Assembly: GCA_028534125.1 (NCBI GenBank)
Contig: CM052817.1
Coordinates: 52,330,001-52,394,000, forward strand
Direction of reading: 5' to 3'
Source of the DNA: Lama glama
Taxonomy: Eukaryota
DNA length: 64,000 nt
The first letter of the stretch is position 1, and each line of letters opens with the position of its first letter. Below, in pieces: positions 49,700 through 63,645 of this stretch. A program made the translations under genes and the position numbers. The notes beneath the pieces are model-generated. The model was not told the origin of the DNA and did no database searches. It saw nothing but the letters and a program-made list of their open reading frames with translations.

Positions 49700-50915
49700 G
49701 TTTTCTTTCACATAAAACTTCACCTACTATAAGATTCATGTTATTCTAGTTTACTACCTCTCATTCGTCTTATGTTTTGTATTTACCTACCCAACCTTTC
49801 TCTATTTTCTTTGAAAGCTCTAGAATCTGGCTAAGAGATTTTGCCTTCATTCTAGGCCTTGGCATTACATTAAAAATTACATCTAAAATAATAACCATCC
49901 AACATATGCCAGTATCAAAACTACTTGATTTTCTGAATTTTCACTTCCACTCTGCTTTCGCTACTTGCTGCCTTATCCACACCATGAGATTTTTCATTAG
50001 TTAGAAGTGAATTCTAATATTAGAAACTCTTCATAAATCACTGGACCATCTACCTTCCAAATATCTCACTCTTTGGCTTCAGGATTTCCAGTTTCTGGAA
50101 CTCACAAATATACATAATCTCTAGAACACCATCTGTCTTCTGATTTATCATCTAGCTTTACAGTTTATTTTGTACTTTATCAAAACTACTCTCTCACTGA
50201 TTGATTCATATCAAATTCTTAGTTCCTCTATGCAGTCCTCTCTCCATATCCTTAGAAGATTTATTATTTTAAGCCCGTTTTTCCTGTATCTTCAAATGCT
50301 TCCTCTTCATTCTTTTATCAAGACTATCTCAACTTACAAACCACTTTTAGCAATAGGATCAGTCCTCTGATCCATCACTTAGCAGTCACTTCAAAATAGT
50401 TTCCATTGTCGGCATGCCAAAGATCTTTCTAAGGCCACTGCCATTTCTTTTTCGCTAAGGCAATGGATCATTTTTAGTCATTTGTAACTTGAACTCTCAA
50501 CTGCTTTTGACATGGTACCCAGCTCTTCTCTTTGATGGTCTTCCTTTGTTTTGTTTGTTTGTTGTTGTTGTTGTTGTTGTTTGCTTTTGTATTTAACTCT
50601 CTGCCCACTTGATTCTAAGATATTATACCTGATTTTTATCTTCTCTGACCTCTCAGTCTCAGACTCTTTTGAGGACTGCTCATCATTCTGAGGCCTCTTA
50701 AATATTACTACTACTCAGGTTCTATCTTCAACATTTTCCCCTTTGAATTATATATTTCTTTTTCTCTTTTTGTGTGCTCTAAACAATTCCATGGTTTAGA
50801 AAATATCACAAGTGGATGAATGAAATCAAAACTATCTCCTCGGAACTCTCAACTGTATATTAAACAGCCAATGTGGAATCTCAGTATCTTCTATATCTTG
50901 CAGACATCTCAGAGC
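49700..50915 (+). mobile_element. Degraded L2 fragments with an embedded (GTT)n at ~50547-50583
   Basis: ctaaggcaatggatcattttt..ttgaactctcaactgcttttgaca; gaactctcaactgtatattaaacagcc..gcagacatctca. Confidence 0.5.
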
Positions 50916-52169
50916 AATTCATTAGTATTTTGACACACAAAGCTCGGGGAATAGATTCAATCTGGAAACATTCAAGGTTTTTCCCAAGTCCCAAAGGATG
51001 AAAACTGAAAAGAAGTAATCCTTGGGACAATATATAATAAAACATACTTCATACTGAATCATCTTGCAGTGCAAAAATGTCATTAAAATGCCCAATGGTT
51101 TATTGACATGGAAGATTTTCACCTTCTGAACTGTTTATCTGCCTTAGCTGAGAACTGTTTTTGGATTTCTCAGTATTTATAGTAGTTAGATAAGAAGAAG
51201 CCATATTCATCCTAGGTGTTTTGTTTATATTTGAAGCTAAAGGGTTTGGAGAATTACAAATTAATGTAAACTTCCCAATCCCAAAACAATTGAAATACCT
51301 CAATTATAAGAGCAACTAATCGTGTATGTGTGTATATACAGCCATATTATAAATATATTTATTAAAATTCTTACGCTGTGCGTTACAATGCAATTTTCTG
51401 AAAGAGGCCTCTGACTTAAATAAATGACTACTACTAAAAAATATCAATTCTATACTATTGGTATATGTGAAATCTACAAATTACTATAATTCTCAAAATG
51501 ACAGTTCAAGTTTTTGTAATTAATCTGGATATCTGCAGTAGCTTCCTACTGGATACGTTTGCTCATATATTGACCTGCTCTGGTATCTTACCCTTACTAC
51601 CTTACTGCCTCCAGCATCAAGTTCAAGCTCCTTAGGGCACAGAAGGTCTCCATAATGTCCTTATACTCTTATGTGTATGGGTGTGTGTGTTTATCTTGGT
51701 GTCAAAGATAAATATATTTAATATATAATTTGAAGGACAGGGTGGGTAATGCTTCTTTGGTTTTGTTCAACAGCAACTGTATTTTGACTGTGAAATTATT
51801 CATACTCTAGTATTTATTTGCTCTATTTGATTCTGTAAATCTATTTAGTTCATTTTTAATTGATAAATAGAATTATTAGCATAATGTGGAATTTACAATT
51901 GTTCATACACATTTTTAATGAGCATGATCATTTTGTACCATTGAGGAACAGTAGCTAAATGAAAAGTACCTAACATGAACACATGAAGATGTAGATGATT
52001 AGACACTGTATCACAGCATCTATTTCTTACCTGGCTCAATCTGCACATGTGTTCTTTCTTGGAAATATTTATGGTCTGTTTTCCTCTGACCTTTGTTAAT
52101 TTCAGCAGATACAAATCTTTCTCACAGATACCACATTTTAAAATTAATTCTTAATACTTTTTGGTAATT

Positions 52170-52360
52170 TGCATGCATAATCTCAGTTAAATCTCAAAAC
52201 ATTAAGAGTTAGGTGACTATGTTATCCTTCTTTTATTTTAATTTTTTCCTAGCAGATAAGAAAAATGAGATTCAGAGAGGTAACATGCCCAAGATAAGAA
52301 AGACAACTGGTAGATTATAGTCTCAGAATTTTAACCCAGTCAGTGTCCACAGAATTTTCA
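52170..52360 (-). mobile_element. MIR fragment, antisense
   Basis: cagataagaaaaatgagattcagagaggtaacatgcccaagat. Confidence 0.65.
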
Positions 52361-52599
52361 ATTAAGCAGCAACAAAACACTACTCATTATATAGGGAAAA
52401 GATTTATTATAAATAAGTAATGTCACATTTAATTAAAACCATGCCAATTCTTCTTAAAAAAACACACATTTCTCTGTGCCAGGCAGTCTTCTAATTACTG
52501 CATATATTAAAGTAATAAAAATTATTATAGCTACCTGTTTTCTCGATGCTGTGCAACAGTAAGAAGAAATGTATACTACACATCTTAATATGTACATAA

Positions 52600-53700
52600 A
52601 ATAATTTTAGATAAAAACAGGGTAAGGGGGGAAAGTAACTGGGAAGCAATTCTGGGATCTGCTTACTCTTATAGTATTAGGTAAATCAGAGAAGTGATAG
52701 TATCAGGGGAAAGACATTCAAAAACTCATATTCATACTCAGAAAATGGAATAGTTGAATATAACAAGGTTTAGTGTTTTCCAGATAGTGAGACAGAGGGA
52801 ATGTTGGGCAAAGTAGTTAAGACCATTGATTAGCATGTGATTACAGTTATGGAAACTAGAATTGGGCTTAGAGAAAAATTAAAAAGTGGGAGAAATAAGA
52901 AACTTATCATAGTGGGAAAATAGTAACATAATTGTTGGGAAGAGCTTGGAGAATCAAAATTTTTTTGAGCTAGAAATACTAACTTAATTAAATATAAAGA
53001 AAAGGTAGTGGTGATGAGAACGTAGGATGTTTGAAATATGTGCTTTGGAGGTGATACATTTATTGGTGAGCATGAGACTGAGAAAGAGTGAGAGAGTAGA
53101 CAGAGAACATTTAGATGAGTAGATCAAGGAACTAAAGGACAGAGAATTTAAGTGATATTAAAGTCACCATGGTAAAGGAGTAGAGGTGGAGAGGATACTT
53201 TGACTTAAAAACTCTTCAGTGGTTTAGATGTAAAGATCACTCCATCACAGATAGCAACAGTACAGTCTGGTGATAGGTATCCCAGGAGGAGAATGGAGAA
53301 CAAATGTTTTGGATTTAATAGCAAGGAGGATTCCTAATATATTTTTAGGTCCACAATTGAGTGAGTTTGGCATAAAGACCAACACCACTTGAAGAAGATG
53401 CAGAAAAGTTTTATATTCAACTAAGAAGACAGAGGGATTTTTTTCCCCCAGTGGAAGTTGTTGATTTAAAAGGTTTTGCTGATGGCAGACTATAAATGCC
53501 CTAAAGCACACTGGAGAAGTCTAAGAAGACATAGAGAGGTGGACAGTTCTGACAAGTGGTTGCACAAAGACAAATTAGGAGAAATACCACTGTGATGATG
53601 GATGTTCTGGGAGACTTAGACAGCTAATGATCTCTAAAGTAACTGGGCATGTAGGCATGATGATCAATCTCTGTGGTCCCTTAGCAGTATAGTGGGTAAT
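52600..53700 (-). mobile_element. Probable degraded L2 internal region, antisense
   Basis: Long purine-rich tract (gatattaaagtcacca, gatcaaggaactaaagg). Family call tentative. Confidence 0.4.
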
Positions 53701-54889
53701 TAAGTAAACAAACTGGTTATAAACTTAAACCAGAGAAGATAAAAAGAAATAGTTCATTTGTATTCTGTATGCTCTTTTTCTGTCCCATATTTTCTTGCTT
53801 TGTGCCTTGTATTTTACTGTGAAATTGGCTTGTTACTTTATGTCTCTTGCTTCCATACTCTTTATTTTATAACTGAGTATTTGTTTATGCAGTTTTTAAA
53901 TATTCCATTTTTAGAACCATGTCTGTTTTCCTACAGAAGCCTTGCTTTGTGGTTGCTGATTATACAGTGTTGTAACACTCTGTCTTTCTCATTTGAGCAC
54001 TTTGTAATAGCAAACTCTCTAGCAGATGCATTTTCTTTTCAAGGTCAGCAAAATTATACACATTGGTGCTAGTTTGAGTGCTAAAACTTCTTGTTGTTGT
54101 TATTCAGTATGAGATAGGAAATGGTTCTCTCAATTTTTAGACACATAAATACTATCACACATTTTTACTGATTTCTTTGATTCCATTTTAGCCTGATCAT
54201 TTAATTATGTAGGTGGCATTTGTAAGACTGCAAAGAAATGGTGTGCAGGAAATAAAATGGTTCATTTAGTTCTAGTGAAGTGCTGTAATGAATGAATCAT
54301 TTCTCACAAATAAAACAACTGCTTCAACAATATTAAATCATCAGAAAGGAAGAGTTCTGTATGATACTTGATGTTTATTTCTTATGAGAAAAGAAACAGA
54401 ATTCATGTGTCTGTCCTTTTGTTGAGGCTTTTAGGCTTTTATTGTTTAGAAAGAGCATAAAAGTACTAACTAATAAAGCAATATAACCGAAGTGGTAATG
54501 CAATGTGCACATGGCATTCTGTAATGCCATAGTATTTCCTATTTAGCATTCCATGGCTTGGTCAATACTTTCTGCCCCTTAATATTGTTTTGTACGCAAG
54601 AGAACTTCCCAATTGGAGCAGGGATTTTTGCCAGACAGGAAAGAAGAAAGTTCTGTACATTTTGGGATGCCAGAACAAGGAAAACAGATGGATGTTATAA
54701 AGGAAGTTTGGCTTCATAGGTATATAAAATTTTAGTAAAAAATTTTCAAAAATTATTTAAAAGCCTTTTATTCAAATCTGAGATTAATAACCATGTCTAC
54801 ATTCTTCCTAAATTTTACAAGTATTTGAATTTTAAATTCAAATACTTTAAATCCAGAGAATACTTTCCATTTTGGACATTATTGCATTC

Positions 54890-56560
54890 TAGTATTTTAT
54901 TTATTCTTGTATATTAACATAAATTATTATTTTTTATCATTATTACTTTATATAATCAAGTTACGTAAATACACTCCTATTTTATATAAATCATCTACTT
55001 ATATGTTAATTTATTTGCTCAATATTGTTTAGTTTATTTCACCTCTTATTCCTGGGATAAGTTCTTTTTCTCAAAGTTGATCCTTTAGATATTCATCTAG
55101 TAACAGACAGAAAGGGTCTATTGAGCATAAGATTTGTCAGTCAAACTAATAATGTTCTCATTTTACATTAAAAAAATACTCTATTTGGAAACTATTTGGC
55201 CAACATCTCTTATTGCTGTCATTTAGAAATCTGTTCTCAGTCCAATTGCCAGTCATTAAAATTTGAAAACATGAAAAAATGTAGAGGTAATTAAAGACTC
55301 TGGATATAGTTGAATCTCTCCAGAGAGATTTATTTTTGCTTCCTCAGGCAGTAGGACTGGACTTNNNNNNNNNNNNNNNNNNNNNNNNNNNNNNNNNNNN
55401 NNNNNNNNNNNNNNNNNNNNNNNNNNNNNNNNNNNNNNNNNNNNNNNNNNNNNNNNNNNNNNNNNNNNNNNNNNNNNNNNNNNNNNNNNNNNNNNNNNNN
55501 NNNNNNNNNNNNNNNNNNNNNNNNNNNNNNNNNNNNNNNNNNNNNNNNNNNNNNNNNNNNNNNNNNNNNNNNNNNNNNNNNNNNNNNNNNNNNNNNNNNN
55601 NNNNNNNNNNNNNNNNNNNNNNNNNNNNNNNNNNNNNNNNNNNNNNNNNNNNNNNNNNNNNNNNNNNNNNNNNNNNNNNNNNNNNNNNNNNNNNNNNNNN
55701 NNNNNNNNNNNNNNNNNNNNNNNNNNNNNNNNNNNNNNNNNNNNNNNNNNNNNNNNNNNNNNNNNNNNNNNNNNNNNNNNNNNNNNNNNNNNNNNNNNNN
55801 NNNNNNNNNNNNNNNNNNNNNNNNNNNNNNNNNNNNNNNNNNNNNNNNNNNNNNNNNNNNNNNNTAGGTTGTTTTTGTGCTTTTTATTTATTTTTTTTCT
55901 TCAGGCTTGTGAGTCTGTGGAAAATCCTGCTCAGCTGTCTCTTCTAATATAAGCAGATTATCTCTAGGGAAATGTGGCTTAAATTGCTGGACCAAAGCTT
56001 TCTGGGCTTCCCTTCCTCCAAAATATTGGCTTCATAATACTTCATCTCCTTATTAACTCTATATGGAGATTTTTATAAAAAAATATTTTGCCATACTTTC
56101 TTAGTTGTCCTCAATAGGAAGTGGGGTGGAAAACATAGTTTGCCATTGCAGTTAATGAAATTATTTGCTTATGCCTGTAGATGCCTAATATATGTGATAT
56201 CATTAATTTTTTCTATGTCTCTTAAATCTGCTATTTTTAGTCTCTTATTCCTTTTAATTTTCTAATTTCTCCTAGCACATTTTCTAATTGACTAATTCTC
56301 TCTTCTGCCTGGTCTAATAGGTTATACCATCATTCCATTACACTTTTGTTATCATAAAATTGTTTGATTTTTATAAATTTTATTTGGTATTTTATCAAAT
56401 AAACTTCTGAATGTTTATAGTGCCAAGCTCTTTTCTCACATTTTTAATTATTTTACATCTTCATTCATCTTTTAATAAATTTAGGTGATAAATTTTATGA
56501 GACTCTTTATGTATCTGATGCTCTCTGGACTTAATTGTAGGCTTTGAACATTTGTTGTAC
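54890..56560 (-). mobile_element. Very old L1 (L1ME/HAL1-like) fragments flanking the assembly gap
   Basis: T-rich antisense L1-like text on both sides of the gap (actaattctctcttctgcctggtctaat; tttctgggcttcccttcctcc). Confidence 0.45.
55365..55864. other. Assembly gap, exactly 500 N
   Basis: Run of N directly visible. Confidence 0.99.
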
Positions 56561-57455
56561 TATGCTGCATTTAAATGTCTGTTTTTAAAAAGTACTGATA
56601 ATTGAGTATATTAATTTAACTTTTCATAGCATAACCATATCTGGGAGGTTTCTTATCAGTGTGAATACACTGAATCATGATCATGGGGCTATAATTTCCA
56701 CCAAATGCAGTTGTTGACTATGAAAGTCACATAACTAATCATCAATAAATACAATCCATCAGTTTTGTTATCTGCTATTTTAATTTTTTTTTAGGGAAAT
56801 AACCTATTTTCTGCAAAGTTACATTTACTTCAGTGTGTATATTTAAGATACATACACACGTATTGGAAGATAAAAGATTCAATGTGTATTTTTACTTTTC
56901 CACATATGCTTCTTATCTGAAATTTTCTTCTAATTAGTTATATATTATGGGTTAATGAAGGGTCTGCCCATGGTTTCTCATTTTCATAAAATATTCTCAT
57001 ACTTTTCTAATACTCAATTACCTTAGCCTTCTCTGAATTCCAAATTCTATTAAAAATGACACTGTACAATATGTTATTATTTGCATCATTCTTAGTTGTC
57101 AATCATTCTTTCTTTAATTTTTAAACACTGAAGAATAGTAATCATGCCATGTAGATCCCAACAGTGTATTAGTGGGCACTCAGAAGACATTAAATATAGT
57201 TTATAATAGAGCAGGGCATTTCAATTCCTACATAAACAAGAAGACAAAGATATATGATCATACATCTGGCAAACTTGTAATAAGCTTCCGTATAGAGTGT
57301 CCTCACAGATTAAAGCAATACAAAGGGTGAGATGTCATTTAAACCACTTATAAGTGACATGATTCTTTTTGTCTTTTAAACTTGCTACTGAAATATCTAA
57401 ATTTTAAAGACATTAATGTGCATAACAAAAATAAGGTAAGATGAAATAAGAAATT

Positions 57456-57877
57456 ACCCCAGTGTTCATAACAGCTTTATTTACAATTGCCAAGGTACAG
57501 AAGCAACTTAAGTATTCATCAACAGATGAATGAGTAAAGAAGGTGTAGTATCTATACAATGGAATACTCCTTGGCCATAAAAAGGAATGAAGTTTTGCAT
57601 CTGCCTATCTTAAACAACATGGATGGACTTAGAGAACAAACTGGTGGTTACCAGTGGGGAGATGGAAGTGGGGAGGGGCAATAAAGAGGGAGAGGATTAG
57701 GAGGTACAAAACATAATGTATAAATAAGCTACAAGGATATGCTGTACAACACAGGGAATATAGCTAATATTTTATAATAACTCTAAGTGGAGTATAACCT
57801 TTAAAACTTGTGAATCACCGTATCGTACACCTATAACAATATTGCATGACTATATTTCAATTAAAAAAAATAAAAAA
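57456..57877 (+). mobile_element. Short L1 3' end (cetartiodactyl-type 3' UTR) with A-tail
   Basis: tgttcataacagctttatttacaattgccaag...gaacaaactggtggttaccagtgggga...aagctacaaggatatgctgtacaacacagggaatatagc...tcaattaaaaaaaataaaaaa. Confidence 0.88.
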
Positions 57878-60800
57878 TCTCAGTTATGTCTTAGAAAATC
57901 AAGGAATTAAGGAATAAGAGTGGCTAAATATATATTCAATTTCTTTTTCTTCACTTATTGTTTTCTTTTTACTTCTCTTTGCCATGCTATTTACTGATTG
58001 AAAACAATCAGAAACAACATAGGCTTTAGAAAGGTTAGTAAACTGAGAACTGAGAGCCTTGGGTGATAAACCAGGCTTAGCCATTAAATAACTGATTTAA
58101 TTTAGGCAAATATCTCATCATTGTCAATCTTATCTTTTCCATTGTTCAAATATATGATTAATAGTAGGTATGTTTCAAAGACTTTTACACTATGAATATA
58201 CTACGGGAAAACAGTGTCTGTTTATTATGCATAATAAGCATTATGCATATTATAAGTAATAGTTCATGCTTATTATGTCAATTATTTAAAAATTTAATTT
58301 AGCTTAGACAAAGATTAAACATGTATATAGTTAGGATGATTGACAGCCTGATGTAGTTTCTGGTATTCTTTTTTAAATAATATAGAATGAAATGCTTTTT
58401 TGAAAAGTGATAGGTAGATATCTTAAAAGTTTTTCAGTTCACCTTCCTACCAAATGGAGGAATTTATTCTACACTATAGTTTAAATATTCACATTACACA
58501 TGTCTATGAGAGGAAACCACTGGTTAACTACTTTTGATGACATTCTTACCCTGCACAAATACTCTTTCTTCCAATTAACTCTATTAACTTCTTTTAATAC
58601 TCCTTGTCTTTATCCTACTTAAGTTTTCACTATTTGAAAATTAAATTCATTTTCCCCTAAGTGTTTTTTTCTTATGAAATATATACGATGTTTCAGACTC
58701 ATCTCATGAAAGACCAATCATCATGCTTTATGTTTCCTCTGAACGGCCCCTTGCCTGTTATCTTTTCTTCAAAGTGTTGTGTCTTGATATATGTTCAAAA
58801 CTCAGGTCTGATTTAATAGAATTCAAGCACAGGAGACTACTACCATTAAATAAATTAAATTATTTTAAATTATTTTATTTCATGCTTGTAGTTTCTTTAA
58901 TTTAATTCACATTACACTCTTGTTTTATTTGCTTGCCTTACAAGATTATCCTGAAATGGGATATTATTTGAAATGCACCTAGCAACTATTAGGCACACAA
59001 CTGTTTTTCAATTAAATTTATAGTCACTTTGGTTCAATTTAGGAAGTCATTTTAGATTAACTTAAGTTCATTTCATGAGTTGAAGAGATTTTTTAAAATG
59101 TCCCTTTTGTATAGGATTTTAATGACCTTCTAATTATGTTATTTGAGCATTTGCATTATTTTATTTTGACATTTTATTTGGTAAGAAGAAAGTTCACTGA
59201 AGGTGAAATGCATTGTGCTCATTTTACTGGCAAAACTTCTTTGTCAACTATTGGTGATATCCTTTCTTTATTCATTTTCATGCAGGGAATGTTATCAAGA
59301 GATTTTGAATTATATTAACTTTTGGTACACATTTACATTATGCCAGACTTCATTATTCCAGGAGCAATTTTAAAGTATAAATAATTTTTTTGTATTCATA
59401 TTTGATTATTCATTCATCCATATAACTTTTTTCCATTTATCTTTTAACCTTAAAATGGATCCACATAGTTATACATACATATAATCCTTTCATATATCTG
59501 AAAAAAGTAAACAATGTATTTATAATATAAACACATATATTATGTATAAACACATTATATGTAGTTCATTTTTCTTTTCAGTTATTGAAAATAACAATTG
59601 GTACACTTTAAATTTATGCTCCATTTATTTTGAGACATTGCTACCTAAAGTTTTTGTTAAAAAGTACCATATTTATTTTCTGAACACTTCAAATGTATTT
59701 CCTAATATCTTGTATATATCAATTACTTAGAAAATGTGGACCTACTTTGCTTCTTCCTAAGAACTGTCATCTCCCAGATTAACCTTGACCTTGACTGCAA
59801 CAATTGTATCTAGTGGCAGGACACAGTGAACAGTTCAAACAAATACTCTTATTTTCTCCTATATTCAGTTCTGGAATCTTGAGGAACTGAACTGAGCCAT
59901 ATAGAAACTTGTAGACCATTGTTTTATCTTTCCTCCACTGAACTATTGAACAGAGCCAGGTCCGCATAGCATACTTTTCAGAACTATATTCTGTGTCTAT
60001 TTACTCTTCGTCTCATCTCACCACATCAGCCACAGAGAATCCAAGATACAGACAACAAAAATTCACTATCACTTTCTCCTCAAAAGTCTCCATGGTCCAC
60101 TATGGCTATTCCATCACATTAATTAAGTGATTTATTTAATTAATCTTTAACTGTTCCTAGAAATTCTCCTTCCTGGTAGGATTGGTGATGAAGAAAATGG
60201 TAGGGGTCAGGGGGCAAGTTTTACCTGGTGTTTTAAGTGAGGAAGTCAAGTCTAGGTCATGCGAAGAGTACTAATAAATTTTGAAAAATTTCTCCACTAT
60301 TTTTTCTTCTAAATTTTTCCTCTTTCAGTAATAATATGACACATAGGTTTCAGTTAAGTATTTAATACCATATGTAATCAAAAGCTAGCAAAATAATTTT
60401 TAGTATCTTCTGACTATACCACACTAAATAATTTAATCTGTGTATGCTTTTTGTCTGTATGTTCTAACTACTAATTGGCTCTATATTTTCATTTACACAA
60501 AGATAAAACACATGCCATCAGTAAGTCAATAATAAAACATTTCACTTGACTATTGCTGACATATCACTTCTAAACTTCAATCTCTGAAAGCATGAGTGGT
60601 GCATTTAAGTTAAAATTTACACTGTTAGCCAATATCCTATAGAAGGAATTCTAACTGTAATAAAAATGATGGCAATCAATACGTTCTTAGGTTAAAAGAA
60701 TATAAGAGCAGGTTATCTGGCATATACACTTGATTAAATATGGTTTGCCATATATTTTAGATACTTTATATCCAATGTAATTTATATCATCACCCTGTTC

Positions 60801-61140
60801 CTTAATCTTTAGAAATTTAAAAACAAATCCTTTTGAAGAAAGAAAATAATCAAACCTTTTAAATCTGTTTTATCTTAGGATTTAATGCAATCACTAATGC
60901 CAATTTTTATGTAAAAGTTCTATAATATAAAGCTTTAGGGAATTTTTAAAATATATATAATAGAGATCCATGGATTTCAAGCATTTTTTACTATGATTCA
61001 GAATAAGGAATGCATATCAGTCTTGTAAAACACAAATGCATTTATACAATTTAAACTATTGAAATAAAAGTTCAAGAAACAAGAGAAATTCTATCTGTCC
61101 ACAATTTATTCTAATATGTTGCATCCAGTGCCCTGGCAAT

Positions 61141-61196
61141 CCATTTCTATTCTATCCTATTTTATTCTGTCCTATTCTGTTTATTTTCTATTCAGT
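61141..61196. repeat. Degenerate (TATTC)n pentanucleotide repeat
   Basis: ttctattctatcctattttattctgtcctattctgtttattttctattc. Confidence 0.7.
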
Positions 61197-63324
61197 TCCT
61201 GCATATTATGCTGAGAATAACACTACTCTATTTTTCAACTTACTAATGAGACTAAACTACTAATAACCAGTAATTTAGAAAACATTATCTTATTAAAATA
61301 AATATATTTGAATTACATGAAGACATTACTTATTTAGGATATTATTACATAGTGATATGAACACTTCCAATCATCAAGGAAAGAACTCTAAGTCATGACT
61401 AGAATATGATAGGAGTCACACAAGTCAAGTTCAACATCTTAGGTAACTTAAGATACTGGCAGAAGCATTAGATGTACTACATAGTCATAATTCAGGTACG
61501 AACCAGCTGTCCAAGTTCAATATACTCAGTGTTATTCATACATGCTAAAATCCTCATGAAATATATGTCCTTTTTCCTTTATGAACTGTCTTTTTTTCTC
61601 CTGTTCTTCCAGCCTATTCCAGTTCACCCTCAACAAGCACAGAGCATTTCAGAAAATGTATGTTTTGCTCTTTGAAAAGATGACTGAAACTAATCTAAAA
61701 GCTTACAGAGCAGTTGATAACACTTTCACTACGGCACAGTGTTCAAAGAGCTCAACTTTTAAATTCCAAGTTTACTTCAGAAATACATTTATAGTTTATC
61801 TTTATTGAAAATGTTAGAAGGACATTGGTTATGTCCTGAAAGTGTTTAGAGCTTCTAAATTCTGACTGACCATTGTGTATTCAGACAGTATTGACTCATC
61901 AAGCTCACAGACAGATCTATTTGCTTAGAATAATAGAGTTGGCTTTGCATTGGCATTTCTATCAATAAAAGCATCATAAACTGTTATTGAAAATAATGTT
62001 TTACATGAATATTATTAAAATGGACAATTTGACAGCTAATACACGCTCACAATAGGTACTCAATGACTACTGTCAAATATAAATGATTTTTCATAAGGTT
62101 TGTATTTTCTCCAATATCCATAGTTGGAAACTCAATTAAAACTGTAGAAGTCTCTTTTGTATTCATTTGCATCATATTTTGACAGCAGCTTTTCAATGGG
62201 TAATAAAGTTGCTATTTTTAAATACTTTTCAACAAATAATGTTAGCATATATTCCATAACAAATGGCTATATAAATAAAAACAAGTATTAGCAAATAACA
62301 GACAAAACATAAATTGTCTTTACCTGCATATATTCTAATTAAAAAATCAAATGTCAGAGTTTGTGTCTTCCTCATTTGCCATAGTATAACTAAATTTTGT
62401 TTAGATATAATCCTAAATAGCTTTTAACTTATGATCACGATTTTTGACTTATGGGTCATTTGTCCAAGAGAACTTACATATGTAAGTTGTCTTTTTGCAG
62501 TAAATTTAGAAATAATTGATTGCAATAGACCAGTGTATCATATTATCATTACTCTTACTGACATTTTAGAAAGTAATATTTTAAAAATGAAATAACAATT
62601 CCTTTGACAATACTCTTCTTTTAATTTATTATTTATCAAGTTAATTTGCTTAAAATTGTATCTCAAAGTTAAGAATTAAATATTCAACAGAGATTTTAAA
62701 TAATAACAGAATTAATTTCAAGAGAAAATAATTATATTCTGGTAATTGTGAACTAACTTTTTTATTATGTCAGTGCAAATTAAAGATATTTTGATTATCC
62801 TATCTAGATAGAATTCTTTAGTAATCTATTCATTCCTAATAGTAGTATAAGTAGAAGATACTAAAGTGATGTTTCTACTATGATCAATATGCCCATAATT
62901 TTAAAAGTCAATAGTATGTATTATTTTGATAGAGAAAATAACCCACTTTCACATGCCAATATTGAATGAATTTTTAATGAGATCAAAGTTCTCTAGTTTT
63001 AAATTAAGATTTTTAAGATTTGTATTGAAGAATAATTTGCAAAGTCATAGGTCACTTTACCTAGATAAATGCCGCAAACTGAATTGTTATCAGTCCCAGG
63101 TCAAAAAGCAGAAAATCACCACCCCTAAAGCTCCCGTCATGCTTTCTTCCAGAATCATCCATCAGAGCTTGTGAGCACCCTGCCAAAGGTAACCACTATC
63201 TCCATTTCTGACACTAGATAATCAGTTTTATTCATGTCCTAAGATCTAATCTGTCTTCCAATGGAAGCTTTTAAAATGTTTTTACACCTGTGTGGACAAT
63301 CAAATGTTATTTGTCTTTGAATAG

Positions 63325-63369
63325 GTCCAAAGTGGTACCCCTCTCGAATCGGACTGCAGCTAGAACGTG
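63325..63369 (+). CDS. TECRL: TECRL coding exon 3 (45 nt; C-PKWYPSRIGLQLER-G)
   Basis: Acceptor ttgtctttgaatag|GT and donor GTG|gtaaga. Phase 1-1; completes the T|GT Cys codon from exon 2. Peptide matches recalled TECRL CPKWYPSRVGLQLECG. Confidence 0.96.
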
Positions 63370-63424
63370 GTAAGAACCAACTTCACTGATCTTTTTTTTA
63401 ATTTAGAATCCCTTTTATGTCATA

Positions 63425-63645
63425 AATAGCTAATATTTACTTATTACTTCCTAAATGGCAGACATTGTAATAAATGCCTTAAATATATTATCTCATTTGA
63501 TCGTCCCAACAAGCTAGTGCTCCTCTTTTGTGAGTGGTAAATTTTAGTCTCAAAGAGATAATTTTCACAGATTTACTGTCAGTGTGTACTGGAGGCAGGA
63601 TGTGAACTAACATCTTCCTGTCTCTAAAGATTTTACTGCTACATT
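63425..63645 (-). mobile_element. MIR SINE, antisense
   Basis: atagctaatatttac...atattatctcatttgatcgtcccaacaa...ggaggcaggatgtgaac. Confidence 0.7.

Larger units (their letters stand above)
38128..63324 (+). other. TECRL: TECRL intron 2 (25,197 nt as assembled, includes a 500-N gap; GT-AG)
   Basis: Defined by the exon 2 donor and the exon 3 acceptor. True length is uncertain because of the gap. Confidence 0.88.

Noticed and set aside
55885..55915. Strong acceptor followed 4 nt later by gtgagt (possible micro-exon)
   Set aside because: Lies in an old repeat beside the gap, would shift the frame, and exons 2 and 3 already join correctly.
55336..55947. 203-aa ORF, the longest in the track
   Set aside because: Artefact of the 500-N gap.
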